A stretch of 32,000 nt of DNA from Massilicoli timonensis (GTDB lineage Bacteria; Bacillota_I; Bacilli_A; Erysipelotrichales; Erysipelotrichaceae). This document shows, in pieces, positions 25,259 through 32,000 of the stretch. How positions within the stretch are numbered: position 1 is the stretch's first letter; every line of letters begins with the position of its first letter. A program made the translations under genes and the position numbers. The stretch is from positions 174,057 to 206,056 of the forward strand of contig NZ_LT963434.1 in the NCBI RefSeq assembly GCF_900199515.1. The letters are read 5' to 3'. Below the pieces are notes generated by a model. It made no database searches and had not been told where the DNA came from. It saw nothing but the letters and a program-made list of their open reading frames with translations.

Positions 25259-26248
25259 ATGACAAGGAAGAAACTCATGCTTGCACTTTTTTTATTCCTG
25301 TTATTTCCGGTTTCGGTATTTGCGAACGATCAAGTTATCTTAGGCGGAGAAAGCATCGGTATCGTAATGGAATATGACGGTGTTATGATCAACGGCACCT
25401 ATTCGATCACGGTCGATGGCAAGGCCTATGATCCAAAACAAGATGATTTTCAAGCCGGTGATGTGATCATCAGCGCCAATGGCAAACGCGTTGCCTCGAT
25501 TGAAGAGCTGAATCAGATCGTACGCACTTATCAAGAACCGATCAATTCTATTCCGATCGTCATCAGACGCGGTGATAAAGAGCTGAAGAAAACCCTGATC
25601 AGTGTTTATCAAAAGGAAATCAATGCCTATCAAAGCGGTCTATATGTAAAAGATGAAATAACCGGGATCGGTACGATGACGTACTATGATCCAATCCATC
25701 ATACTTTCGGCGCACTGGGACATGCCATCGATCCAAGCGGCCAAGCGCAAAACGGCTTGCTTTACGGATCGATCGTAACCGGGATCATTCCCTCAAAGCC
25801 GAATGCGGCCGGCGAGAAGAGCGCAACGATTGATTTTGAGGATCCGATCGCTACTGTCACATTAAACGATACGATCGGTTTATATGGTACTTATGAGCGA
25901 AAAGTAAATGGTCAGACCATCGAAATCGCCAAGCAGGAAGAAGTGCACACCGGCAAAGCGCAAATCTATACCGTGATCGAAGGCACACAGGTAGAGGCCT
26001 TTGATGTGGAAATTACCCAAGTCAATCCACAAGATCAAAAAGCGATCAAAGGCATTGAATTTACCGTAACCGATCCGAAACTGATCGAAAAAAGCGGTGG
26101 GATCGTACAGGGAATGAGCGGATCGCCGATCGTGCAGGATGGCAAGCTGGTCGGAGCGATTACCCATGTCATTACCAGTGAACCAACGAAGGCATACGGC
26201 GTCTATTTGAGCTTTATGAAAGAATTATCAGACAGCGCAGCCGACTAG
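25259..26248 (+). CDS. spoIVB: SpoIVB peptidase (S55 signalling serine protease, PDZ domain)
   Basis: Signal/TM segment, PDZ region (GDVIISANGKRV) and catalytic region GIVQGMSGSPIVQDGKLVGAITHV. ATG 25259 has AGGAGG upstream. The recN-spoIVB-spo0A order matches Bacillus. Confidence 0.9.
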   Translation: MTRKKLMLALFLFLLFPVSVFANDQVILGGESIGIVMEYDGVMINGTYSITVDGKAYDPKQDDFQAGDVIISANGKRVASIEELNQIVRTYQEPINSIPIVIRRGDKELKKTLISVYQKEINAYQSGLYVKDEITGIGTMTYYDPIHHTFGALGHAIDPSGQAQNGLLYGSIVTGIIPSKPNAAGEKSATIDFEDPIATVTLNDTIGLYGTYERKVNGQTIEIAKQEEVHTGKAQIYTVIEGTQVEAFDVEITQVNPQDQKAIKGIEFTVTDPKLIEKSGGIVQGMSGSPIVQDGKLVGAITHVITSEPTKAYGVYLSFMKELSDSAAD

Positions 26249-26281
26249 GAACAGACAAATTCTCATATGATCTTGAAAAAA

Positions 26282-26304
26282 ACGGCAGGACCCTGCTGTT
26301 TTTA
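26282..26304 (+). terminator. Intrinsic terminator after spoIVB
   Basis: acggcag (26282-26288) / ctgctgt (26294-26300) with one G:U pair, followed by a T-run. Confidence 0.6.
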
Positions 26305-26333
26305 TTCACAATTCCTAAAAAAACAGCTAGCTG

Positions 26334-26340
26334 TTCGACA
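26334..26340 (-). promoter_or_regulatory. Consensus Spo0A box (TGTCGAA on the minus strand) upstream of spo0A
   Basis: The + strand reads ttcgaca, the reverse complement of TGTCGAA. It lies 57 nt upstream of the spo0A ATG and abuts the 12-nt palindrome acagctagctgt (26323-26334). Confidence 0.4.
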
Positions 26341-26368
26341 AAACTCTCGTTTCTTCTTTCCGTGCGTT

Positions 26369-26377
26369 TGACATAAT
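26369..26377 (+). promoter_or_regulatory. Extended -10-like element (TGaCATAAT) upstream of spo0A
   Basis: TG at 26369-26370 and CATAAT at 26372-26377, 20 nt before the ATG. Confidence 0.35.
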
Positions 26378-26396
26378 AGAACACGGAGGAAAGAGT

Positions 26397-27224
26397 ATGA
26401 AAGAGAAAACAAGTGTTTATATTGTCGATGACAATCAGGACAATGTCCTAAAACTAAAAAATGAGTTTCGCAAGCAAGGATTTTATGAAGTGGTGGGAAG
26501 CGCCGCCAATGGGGAAAACTGTATCAAGGAACTGAGCAATAAAGCGGTCGATGTACTGGTATTAGATCTCATCATGCCGAAAATGGATGGATTAGAGGTA
26601 TTGAAGCAGATGAAGCTGCACAACATCAAAGCCAAGCATATCATTGCCACGACGCCTTACTTAAACGAAGTGATGATCGCGGCACTGGGGGAACATCATG
26701 TGGATTATATGATGTTACAGCCTTTTGAGGCGGCGACATTGATTGATAAACTGAATATCGTACAGGGATTCCATCAGCGAAGATCTTATGAAGAACAGAT
26801 CACTTCCAACGTGATCGACAATGAAGAAAAAAAACGGCTGATGAAGATCCAGCTGGAAAGCGAGATTACCGAGGTCTTACATGAAATCGGTATTCCCGCA
26901 CATATCAAAGGTTATATGTACTTACGCACCGCTATTTTAGAAACGTACCTGAATGTTGATTTCTTAGGACAGATCACCAAAGTGCTGTATCCGGAAATCG
27001 CCCGCAAATATAAAACGACGGCATCCAGAGTGGAACGTGCGATCCGCCATGCGATCGAGGTAGCGTGGAACCGCGGCAATATCGATGCGATCGACGATAT
27101 TTTCGGTTATACCATATCGGCATCGAAAGCAAAACCGACCAATTCTGAATTTATTGCGATGATCTCCGACAAGCTGCGTTTGGAGCATCGGCTGCGTCAT
27201 CAGCAATATACAAGAAACTATTAA
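26397..27224 (+). CDS. spo0A: Sporulation master regulator Spo0A (receiver domain plus Spo0A-specific DNA-binding domain)
   Basis: Receiver domain (VYIVDDN...[14 protein letters not shown]) and Spo0A_C signature ([51 protein letters not shown]). Confidence 0.95.
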   Translation: MKEKTSVYIVDDNQDNVLKLKNEFRKQGFYEVVGSAANGENCIKELSNKAVDVLVLDLIMPKMDGLEVLKQMKLHNIKAKHIIATTPYLNEVMIAALGEHHVDYMMLQPFEAATLIDKLNIVQGFHQRRSYEEQITSNVIDNEEKKRLMKIQLESEITEVLHEIGIPAHIKGYMYLRTAILETYLNVDFLGQITKVLYPEIARKYKTTASRVERAIRHAIEVAWNRGNIDAIDDIFGYTISASKAKPTNSEFIAMISDKLRLEHRLRHQQYTRNY

Positions 27225-27274
27225 GAAGATGAGAATCAGTGAGAGGCGAGGAGAAGAAGCAGGCTCACTTTTTC

Positions 27275-27302
27275 TTTACAATCCCATAATTTGCTTTATA
27301 AT
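27275..27302 (+). promoter_or_regulatory. Sigma-A promoter upstream of dinB
   Basis: TTTACA (27275-27280), 16-nt spacer, TATAAT (27297-27302). The predicted transcription start is only about 10 nt before ATG 27320. Confidence 0.55.
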
Positions 27303-27319
27303 GAATGGCGGGTGATAGT

Positions 27320-28498
27320 ATGGGCAGAGTGATATTTCACATCGATCTCAATTCTTTTTTTGCCAGTGCGGAAATCATGCGCAACAGCGCTTTGGCAGGA
27401 CAGCCGCTTGCGATATCCGGCTTGTCCCGTCGGGCAGTCGTTTCTACCGCTTCTTATGAAGCGCGCAAATATGGGGTGCATAGCGCCATGCCGCTGCATC
27501 AGGCGCTTGAGAAATGTCCGGATCTGGTCGTCGTACAAGGGGATTATGCTTGGTATGAACAATTAAGTGAGCGTTTTCTCAGCTTTATTCGATCGATCAC
27601 GCCGCTTGTCGAACAGGCGAGCATCGATGAGTGCTATGCGGATATGAGCGAAGTCATCCGCGCCTATAAACGGCCGCTTGATTTGGCATGGATCATTCAA
27701 AAGCGTCTGTATGAAGAATTGAAGCTGCCTTGCAGCATCGGCATCGGTCCTAATAAGTTTCTTGCCAAGATGGCCAGTGATATGCACAAACCGATGGGCA
27801 TCACCATTTTGCGCAAGCAGGAAATTGCGAAAAAGCTTTGGCCATTGCCGATCGGATCGATGATCGGGATCGGGAAGAAAAGTACGCCCTTATTAGAAAA
27901 AGCGGGTATTGAAACGATCGGAGACCTCGCTGATCCGACAAACGAGAACCGCGTGATGCAGATTTTAGGAAAGGCCTCGTATCAACTGATTCAGAACGCC
28001 CGCGGCAACGGCACCAATGTTTTGACCTTCAGTCACAGCGTACAGTCGATCTCACGCTCTACCACTCTTGATAAGGATACATTAGACGATCAGGAAATTC
28101 GTCTTGCCTTTCAAAAGCTGTGCCATGCACTCGTACAAGGGTGTAGAGAGGAAGGTGTCGTCGGTAAGATGATATCGATCACGATTCGTTATTTTGATTT
28201 CAAAAACATCGTGCGAAGTGCAAGCCTAGAACATTACAGCGATCGCTTTGCGGATTTCTATGAAACAGCACTGCTGTTATTCGATAATCATCATACGGCG
28301 GATATTCCGATACGCCACCTTGGCGTAACGCTGGGCACTTTGGCATCTACGACGCGTGCGATTCAGCAGTTAGATCTGTTTACAGCGCAAAAGGCGGAGA
28401 AAATAGATGTGCTGGAGGAATTAAATGCGCAGCTAAGCACTGGAAAGCTGGTTTTTGCCAGCAGTCTGCTGTCGAAAAAAGACGATCAAAAGCGATGA
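27320..28498 (+). CDS. dinB: DNA polymerase IV (Y-family translesion polymerase)
   Basis: IFHIDLNSFFASAE, ASIDECYADM and GIGPNKFLAKMASD. I prefer ATG 27320 (GGGTGA upstream) over the ORF-track 27305. Confidence 0.9.
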   Translation: MGRVIFHIDLNSFFASAEIMRNSALAGQPLAISGLSRRAVVSTASYEARKYGVHSAMPLHQALEKCPDLVVVQGDYAWYEQLSERFLSFIRSITPLVEQASIDECYADMSEVIRAYKRPLDLAWIIQKRLYEELKLPCSIGIGPNKFLAKMASDMHKPMGITILRKQEIAKKLWPLPIGSMIGIGKKSTPLLEKAGIETIGDLADPTNENRVMQILGKASYQLIQNARGNGTNVLTFSHSVQSISRSTTLDKDTLDDQEIRLAFQKLCHALVQGCREEGVVGKMISITIRYFDFKNIVRSASLEHYSDRFADFYETALLLFDNHHTADIPIRHLGVTLGTLASTTRAIQQLDLFTAQKAEKIDVLEELNAQLSTGKLVFASSLLSKKDDQKR

Positions 28499-28527
28499 GA
28501 GAAAGAGGTATTTCTCTCTTTTTTTTT
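28497..28527 (+). terminator. Intrinsic terminator after dinB
   Basis: Perfect 8-bp stem gagagaaa (28497-28504) / tttctctc (28511-28518) plus nine T. Confidence 0.85.
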
Positions 28528-28555
28528 CATAGAATGGATTAGGCGGGTGAATTCT

Positions 28556-29155
28556 ATGAAAAAAATGTTACGGTTTCTGTTTCAAAAATACCAGAATGTC
28601 TATCTGTTTATTACGATCTTGATGGTAAGCGGTGCGCTTGCCGGATTATTGTTTTCCACCTTCATCAATGTGCACGATATTTCACAGTTTTCTTCTTATT
28701 TGAATGCGGTCAATGCTTCAATCGATAAATATGCTTTTTTTCTGGATCAGTTTGGCAGCGGGATCTCGTTTGTCGGTGTGCTGTTTTTGCTTGGCACATC
28801 GATCATCGGTATGCCTTTTCTCAGTTTTATCATCTTCTCGAAAGGACTGCAGATCGGGTTTTCCTGTGCCTTATTTATTTATGCCTATCAATTAAAGGGA
28901 ATCGTCGGCATCTTTATCGCTTTATTGCCGCAGGTATTGTTTGATGTGGCAGGGAGTTTTCTTGCCAGCGCCTGTGCCATTCAGCTATCGCTCCATCTCA
29001 TGCACACCGCCACCAGCAAAGATCGTCTGGATCTGCGTAAACTGTTCAATTATATATTAAGTGATGTCTGTATCGTTTGTATCATCGTCTTGCTCGGCGC
29101 TTATGTAAAATCAACGTTGGTGATCGAATTGATCCGTTTGTTTAATCTTCTTTAG
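28556..29155 (+). CDS. spoIIM: Stage II sporulation protein M (SpoIIM-like polytopic membrane protein)
   Basis: About 199 aa with multiple TM segments. The GTSIIGMPFLSFIIFSKGLQIGF and LLPQ patterns resemble B. subtilis SpoIIM as remembered. The spoIIM-xerD-deoB neighbourhood also parallels Bacillus. Confidence 0.65.
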   Translation: MKKMLRFLFQKYQNVYLFITILMVSGALAGLLFSTFINVHDISQFSSYLNAVNASIDKYAFFLDQFGSGISFVGVLFLLGTSIIGMPFLSFIIFSKGLQIGFSCALFIYAYQLKGIVGIFIALLPQVLFDVAGSFLASACAIQLSLHLMHTATSKDRLDLRKLFNYILSDVCIVCIIVLLGAYVKSTLVIELIRLFNLL

Positions 29156-29174
29156 CGAATTTTCTCTCGGCCTG

Positions 29175-29183
29175 TGTTATAAT
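29175..29183 (+). promoter_or_regulatory. Extended -10 promoter (TGtTATAAT) upstream of xerD
   Basis: TG at 29175-29176 and TATAAT at 29178-29183. Confidence 0.45.
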
Positions 29184-29199
29184 AGAAACAGGTGATGAG

Positions 29200-30099
29200 A
29201 TGCGAATGCAGGATGCACTGGAAGCGTACCAGTATCATATTACATATGTCAAAATGAAAAGCAAAAGAACGATCGATTCCTATATGCGTGAATTAAAGCA
29301 TTATATTGCTTATATGAAGCAGTTTGGCGAGGGAATGGATACGATTACTTACGGGCGGATCAGCGATTATCTGGATGAATGCGCAGTAACCAAAAAAGCT
29401 GCTTCCATCAATCACATCATAACCGTCATTCGTACATTTCACCATTATCTGACGTTTATGAATCCGGATCTTGCCGATCCGACGCTGTTTTTGAAAAACA
29501 TGAAGTCGGGACGCAAGCTGCCGCGTTATTTGAATGAACAGGATGTAGCAAAGCTATTAGCGAGCTTCGACAACAGTGATGAAGGCGTATTTGAAAAAGC
29601 ACTTTTTGAAGCGCTTTATGGATGTGGCATGCGAGTAAGCGAGCTATGTTCGCTCAAACTGAATCAGCTTCACTTATCACAGTCCTTTATTCGCTGTATC
29701 GGCAAAGGCGATAAGGAAAGAATGCTGCCGATCAATCAAAGTGCGATCGCGGCGCTGGAAGCCTATTTGCATCTGGTAAGAGGAAACTGGGAGAAAAAGC
29801 GCAGCCCTTATGTTTTTATCAATCATTTGGGCCATCCGCTCAATCGTCAATATGTGCATCGATTGATCAAGGAAAAACTAGCGCAGCTCGGCTTATCTTC
29901 GGCTTTATCGGCGCATAGTTTTCGACATTCCTATGCGACCCATCTGTTAAATGGCGGTGCGGATCTTCGAGTGGTGCAGGAGCTTTTAGGACACAGTGAC
30001 ATCGCCACCACGCAAATTTATACACATGTGCAGGATCAGCGGTTAAAAGCCGTTTATGATGCGGCGCATCCAAGAGCAAACAAGGAGGAAACAAAATGA
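29200..30099 (+). CDS. xerD: Site-specific tyrosine recombinase XerD (RipX-like)
   Basis: [50 protein letters not shown] (R..HxxR..Y catalytic set). ATG 29206 is an alternative start. Confidence 0.85.
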   Translation: MRMQDALEAYQYHITYVKMKSKRTIDSYMRELKHYIAYMKQFGEGMDTITYGRISDYLDECAVTKKAASINHIITVIRTFHHYLTFMNPDLADPTLFLKNMKSGRKLPRYLNEQDVAKLLASFDNSDEGVFEKALFEALYGCGMRVSELCSLKLNQLHLSQSFIRCIGKGDKERMLPINQSAIAALEAYLHLVRGNWEKKRSPYVFINHLGHPLNRQYVHRLIKEKLAQLGLSSALSAHSFRHSYATHLLNGGADLRVVQELLGHSDIATTQIYTHVQDQRLKAVYDAAHPRANKEETK

Positions 30100-31280
30100 A
30101 ACAGTATAAGCGAATCTTTACGATCGTCATCGACTCGATGGGCATCGGCGGCGCAATTGATGCGGCAGACTTTCACGATGAAGGAGCGGATACGCTGGGA
30201 CACATCGATGAGGTGATGGAATCTTTTACGATCCCGAATCTGAAAAAGCTGGGACTTTCCAATCTGCATCCTTTGACCAAGGTGGCATATGAGCCTTCAC
30301 CGATCGGCTATTATGCCCGCATGCAGGAAGCAGCCGTCAGCAAGGATACGATGAGCGGACACTGGGAAATGATGGGACTGCATATTACAACGCCGTTTCA
30401 GACATTTACCGAAACCGGATTTCCGCAAGATCTGATCAAAGCGCTGGAGGAACGATGCGGACATAAAGTAATCGGCAACAAAGCGGCCAGCGGTACGGAA
30501 ATATTGGATGAGCTTGCTGAAGAGGAGATCGCTACCGGTAATATGATCGTTTATACTTCGGCAGATTCGGTCTTACAGATCTGTGGAAATGAGGAAACAT
30601 TTGGATTAGAAGAGCTATACCGCTGCTGTGAGATCGCTAGAGAGCTGACCATGCGTGATGAATGGAAGGTGGGCAGAGTCATCGCCCGTCCTTATATCGG
30701 TAAGAAAAAAGGTGAATTTAAGCGTACTGCCAACCGTCATGACTATGCGTTGAAGCCTTATGATCGCACCGCTTTGGATTTTTTGCGTGATAAAGGCTAT
30801 GATGTGATCAGCGTCGGTAAGATCAAAGATATTTTCGATGGGGAAGGGATCAGCGAAGCCTATAAGTCAAAAAGCAGTGTGCATGGCATGGAACAAACCA
30901 TTGAACTGATGGATCAGGATTTCACCGGTCTTTGCTTTGTGAACCTGGTCGATTTTGACGCACTCTGGGGCCATCGCCGCAATCCGATCGGATATGGTAA
31001 GGAATTAGAGGCATTTGATGAAAAGCTGGGCGTTGTGCTCTCTAAATTAAAAGAGGATGATCTATTGATCATTACGGCTGATCACGGCACTGATCCAACC
31101 TATCGCGGAAGCGATCACACACGGGAAATGGTACCGTTTCTTGCATACAGTCCTTCCATGAAGGGAAGCGGCTTGCTTCCGCAGACGGATACTTTTGCGG
31201 TCATCGGCGCAACGATCTGTGATAATTTTGAATGCGAGATGCCAAAACTGGGGCATTCGCTGTTACCGCTGCTGCGCTAG
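30096..31280 (+). CDS. deoB: Phosphopentomutase
   Basis: [35 protein letters not shown] and TADHGTDP. It overlaps xerD through ATGA. Confidence 0.95.
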   Translation: MKQYKRIFTIVIDSMGIGGAIDAADFHDEGADTLGHIDEVMESFTIPNLKKLGLSNLHPLTKVAYEPSPIGYYARMQEAAVSKDTMSGHWEMMGLHITTPFQTFTETGFPQDLIKALEERCGHKVIGNKAASGTEILDELAEEEIATGNMIVYTSADSVLQICGNEETFGLEELYRCCEIARELTMRDEWKVGRVIARPYIGKKKGEFKRTANRHDYALKPYDRTALDFLRDKGYDVISVGKIKDIFDGEGISEAYKSKSSVHGMEQTIELMDQDFTGLCFVNLVDFDALWGHRRNPIGYGKELEAFDEKLGVVLSKLKEDDLLIITADHGTDPTYRGSDHTREMVPFLAYSPSMKGSGLLPQTDTFAVIGATICDNFECEMPKLGHSLLPLLR

Positions 31281-31284
31281 TGAA

Positions 31285-31313
31285 TTGACAAAGCGAACAG
31301 TGCGTACTAAAAT
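31285..31313 (+). promoter_or_regulatory. Sigma-A promoter upstream of the mrp-like gene
   Basis: TTGACA (31285-31290), 17-nt spacer, TAAAAT (31308-31313). Confidence 0.65.
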
Positions 31314-31341
31314 AGCAAATAGAGTGTAATGGAGGGATAAT

Positions 31342-32000
31342 ATGAGTGATTGCAGTACATGTCCAAGCAAAGGAAGCTGCGGCAAAGATGAGGCAACCTG
31401 CGGCATCGTTTCTAACCCGCATAGTCATATCCGGCATGTGATCGGAATCATGAGCGGAAAGGGCGGTGTCGGAAAGTCTTCAATGACCGTCTTGCTTGCC
31501 AAACAGTTATGCAAAGCGGGTTATCGGGTCGGTATTATGGATGCCGACATGACCGGACCAAGCATTCCGCGTTTGATGGGACTGGCTCATGAGCATGCAT
31601 ATGGCAGCAATGATGCGATTGAACCGGTAGTGGATAAAGACGGCATTAAAGTGATGTCGCTGAACTTTCTTTTGGAAGATGAAAATCAGCCGGTCGTATG
31701 GCGTGGCCCGATCATCGCCAATGCGGTAAAGCAATTTTGGAGCGATGTGGTATGGGGCGATCTGGATTTTCTATTGATCGATATGCCGCCGGGAACCGGT
31801 GATGTCGCGCTTACTTTAATGCAGAGCTTGCCGATCAGCGGCATGGTAATGGTTTCAACACCACAGCCGATGGTGTCGATGATCGTATCAAAGGCGATCA
31901 ATATGTGCAAGGAAATGAAGATTCGTGTCTTAGGCGTCATTGAAAACATGAGTTATATCATCTGTCCGGACTGTCAAAAACGGATCGATCTATATCAGTC
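31342..32000 (+). CDS. mrp: Mrp/NBP35/ApbC family Fe-S cluster carrier ATPase, 3'-truncated by the window edge (absent from the ORF track because there is no stop)
   Basis: My own translation from ATG 31342 (GGAGGG 5 nt upstream): MSDCSTCPSKGSCGKDEATCG..., the deviant Walker A GKGGVGKS, DADMTGPSIPRL, DMPPGTGD and ICPDC near the end. The frame stays open to nt 32000. Confidence 0.85.
   Translation, partial: MSDCSTCPSKGSCGKDEATCGIVSNPHSHIRHVIGIMSGKGGVGKSSMTVLLAKQLCKAGYRVGIMDADMTGPSIPRLMGLAHEHAYGSNDAIEPVVDKDGIKVMSLNFLLEDENQPVVWRGPIIANAVKQFWSDVVWGDLDFLLIDMPPGTGDVALTLMQSLPISGMVMVSTPQPMVSMIVSKAINMCKEMKIRVLGVIENMSYIICPDCQKRIDLYQ

Noticed and set aside
26368-26373. TTGACA upstream of spo0A as a -35 box
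   Set aside because: A 17-nt spacer would put the -10 at aagagt (26391-26396), directly abutting the ATG. The overlapping TGaCATAAT extended -10 reading is more plausible.
28507-28535. Sigma-E-like -10 (CATAGAAT, 28528-28535) upstream of spoIIM
   Set aside because: The corresponding -35 position (ggtattt/gtatttc) matches poorly and lies inside the dinB terminator. The predicted start would fall on top of the SD. It is too weak to call, although spoIIM is sigma-E-dependent in Bacillus.
1-32000. Mobile elements, CRISPR arrays, prophage or defence islands, tRNA or rRNA genes
   Set aside because: I saw no transposase- or integrase-like ORF other than the housekeeping xerD. I also saw no direct-repeat/spacer arrays, no tRNA-like T-loop sequences in the short intergenic gaps, and no compositional break. 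The GATC-rich signature is uniform.

Overview
This window looks like core chromosome of a spore-forming Firmicute, possibly Erysipelotrichia- or Clostridia-like; that taxon guess is inference only. By eye it is roughly mid-40s %GC. Nearly every gene is on the + strand and tightly packed.

Three gene blocks known from Bacillus subtilis (recalled from memory) sit next to each other:
- (1) secF(DF)-recJ-apt-relA-[T-box]-hisS-aspS, then a CNNM/CorC-type transporter, a 6S-like small RNA and a convergent ttcA.
- (2) truB-ribF, followed by an unusual RelA/SpoT-fold fusion protein.
- (3) spoIIIAH-like, an Asp23-family gene, nusB-xseA-xseB-ispA-dxs-tlyA-recN-spoIVB-spo0A, then dinB-spoIIM-xerD-deoB-mrp. 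An M18 aminopeptidase plus HAD 5'-nucleotidase pair is inserted before nusB.

I saw no CRISPR array, IS element or transposase, prophage genes, tRNA or rRNA.

Observations most worth follow-up:
- A 457-aa protein with a divergent small-alarmone-synthetase-like N-terminal domain and a ~270-aa C-terminal domain I cannot place.
- A perfect 10-bp terminator hairpin whose 3' arm is the Shine-Dalgarno of the spoIIIAH-like gene, with a sigma-E-like promoter inside the hairpin.
- A ~190-nt rod-shaped, 6S-like RNA with its own promoter and terminator.
- A hisS-aspS T-box whose specifier context and discriminator-pairing base both point to tRNA-Asp rather than tRNA-His.
- A strong (~5-6x) over-representation of GATC across the window.

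All functional calls come from motifs read in the supplied translations and from remembered family signatures. No database search was run.
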